This document shows positions 63,640 through 64,000 of a stretch of 64,000 nt of DNA, piece by piece. The DNA lies in assembly GCA_965238225.1 (NCBI GenBank), contig OZ250183.1:544001-608000 (forward strand), read 5' to 3'. The notes below the pieces were generated by a model. It was not told where the DNA came from. It did not search any database and worked only from the letters and a program-made list of their open reading frames with translations. The position numbers were made by a program, and so were the translations under genes. This DNA is from Gammaproteobacteria bacterium (GTDB lineage Bacteria > Pseudomonadota > Gammaproteobacteria > Eutrophobiales > Eutrophobiaceae). How positions within the stretch are numbered: the first letter of the stretch is position 1; each line of letters begins with the position of its first letter.

Positions 63640-64000
63640 TTATTTACGCCAGAAGGCCGGGGAAAATAACACTAGTAATGTAAATATCTCCAAACGCCCC
63701 ATGAGCATTGCACAGCAGAGTATCCATTTCGCGGTATCATTAATGTTGGCATAATTTGCGCTGACATCGCCGAGCCCCGGGCCAAGATTATTGATACATG
63801 CAGATATCGCGGAAAACGCTGTGACTATATCAAGACCGGTTATCATTAATAAAAGTTGTAAAAAAATGAATACAGCAATATATGCTGCAAAAAATCCCCA
63901 GACAGAATTGATGACTCTTTCATGGAGCGGTTTGTTATTTATTTTAATGATAAATATAGCGTGAGGATGAATCAGTCGTTTAATCTCACGAGTACCCTGT
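63640..64000 (-). CDS. trkH: Trk potassium uptake membrane protein, C-terminal part (5' end outside window)
   Basis: REIKRLIHPHA, NNLGPGLG and MGRLEIFTLLVLFSPAFW motifs. Confidence 0.93.
   Translation of the reverse strand, partial: QGTREIKRLIHPHAIFIIKINNKPLHERVINSVWGFFAAYIAVFIFLQLLLMITGLDIVTAFSAISACINNLGPGLGDVSANYANINDTAKWILCCAMLMGRLEIFTLLVLFSPAFWRK

Noticed and set aside
1-64000. CRISPR arrays, tRNA/rRNA genes and prophage genes
   Set aside because: No regularly spaced repeats, structural RNA signatures or phage structural genes were seen by eye.

Overview
AT-rich chromosomal window from a Gammaproteobacterium, judged from gene content and synteny. The intact backbone includes an AddAB-like helicase-nuclease pair, fabBA, ispG, acs, a class III PHA cluster (phaEC, two phasins, two phaB, phaR, phaA), lpdA-sucB-sucA, gltA-mdh, rppH, nagZ, an MscS channel, dapF-yigA-xerC-hslVU, ubiEJB, ctpA-envC-gpmI, secB-gpsA, trmL, pyrD and trkH. 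Accessory DNA between these blocks is heavily eroded. The main result is a dead chromosomal integron at about 2.0-5.7 kb that the ORF track does not show. It has a 3' intI remnant, four attC sites (two of them chimeric) and an attI-like site. Its cassettes include a frameshifted TIR-domain gene and an intact copper nitrite reductase (nirK), i.e. a denitrification enzyme packaged as an integron gene cassette. A second fossil cassette array with mutated attC cores lies at about 44-45.5 kb. Other observations: a PhaB with a phasin-like N-terminal extension, candidate PhaR boxes including one before gltA, a cold-shock gene pseudogene beside an RRM gene, a type IV pilin pseudogene between diverged repeats, two IS3 remnants and a ~47-bp mini insertion element. 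All calls come from reading the sequence; no database searches were run.
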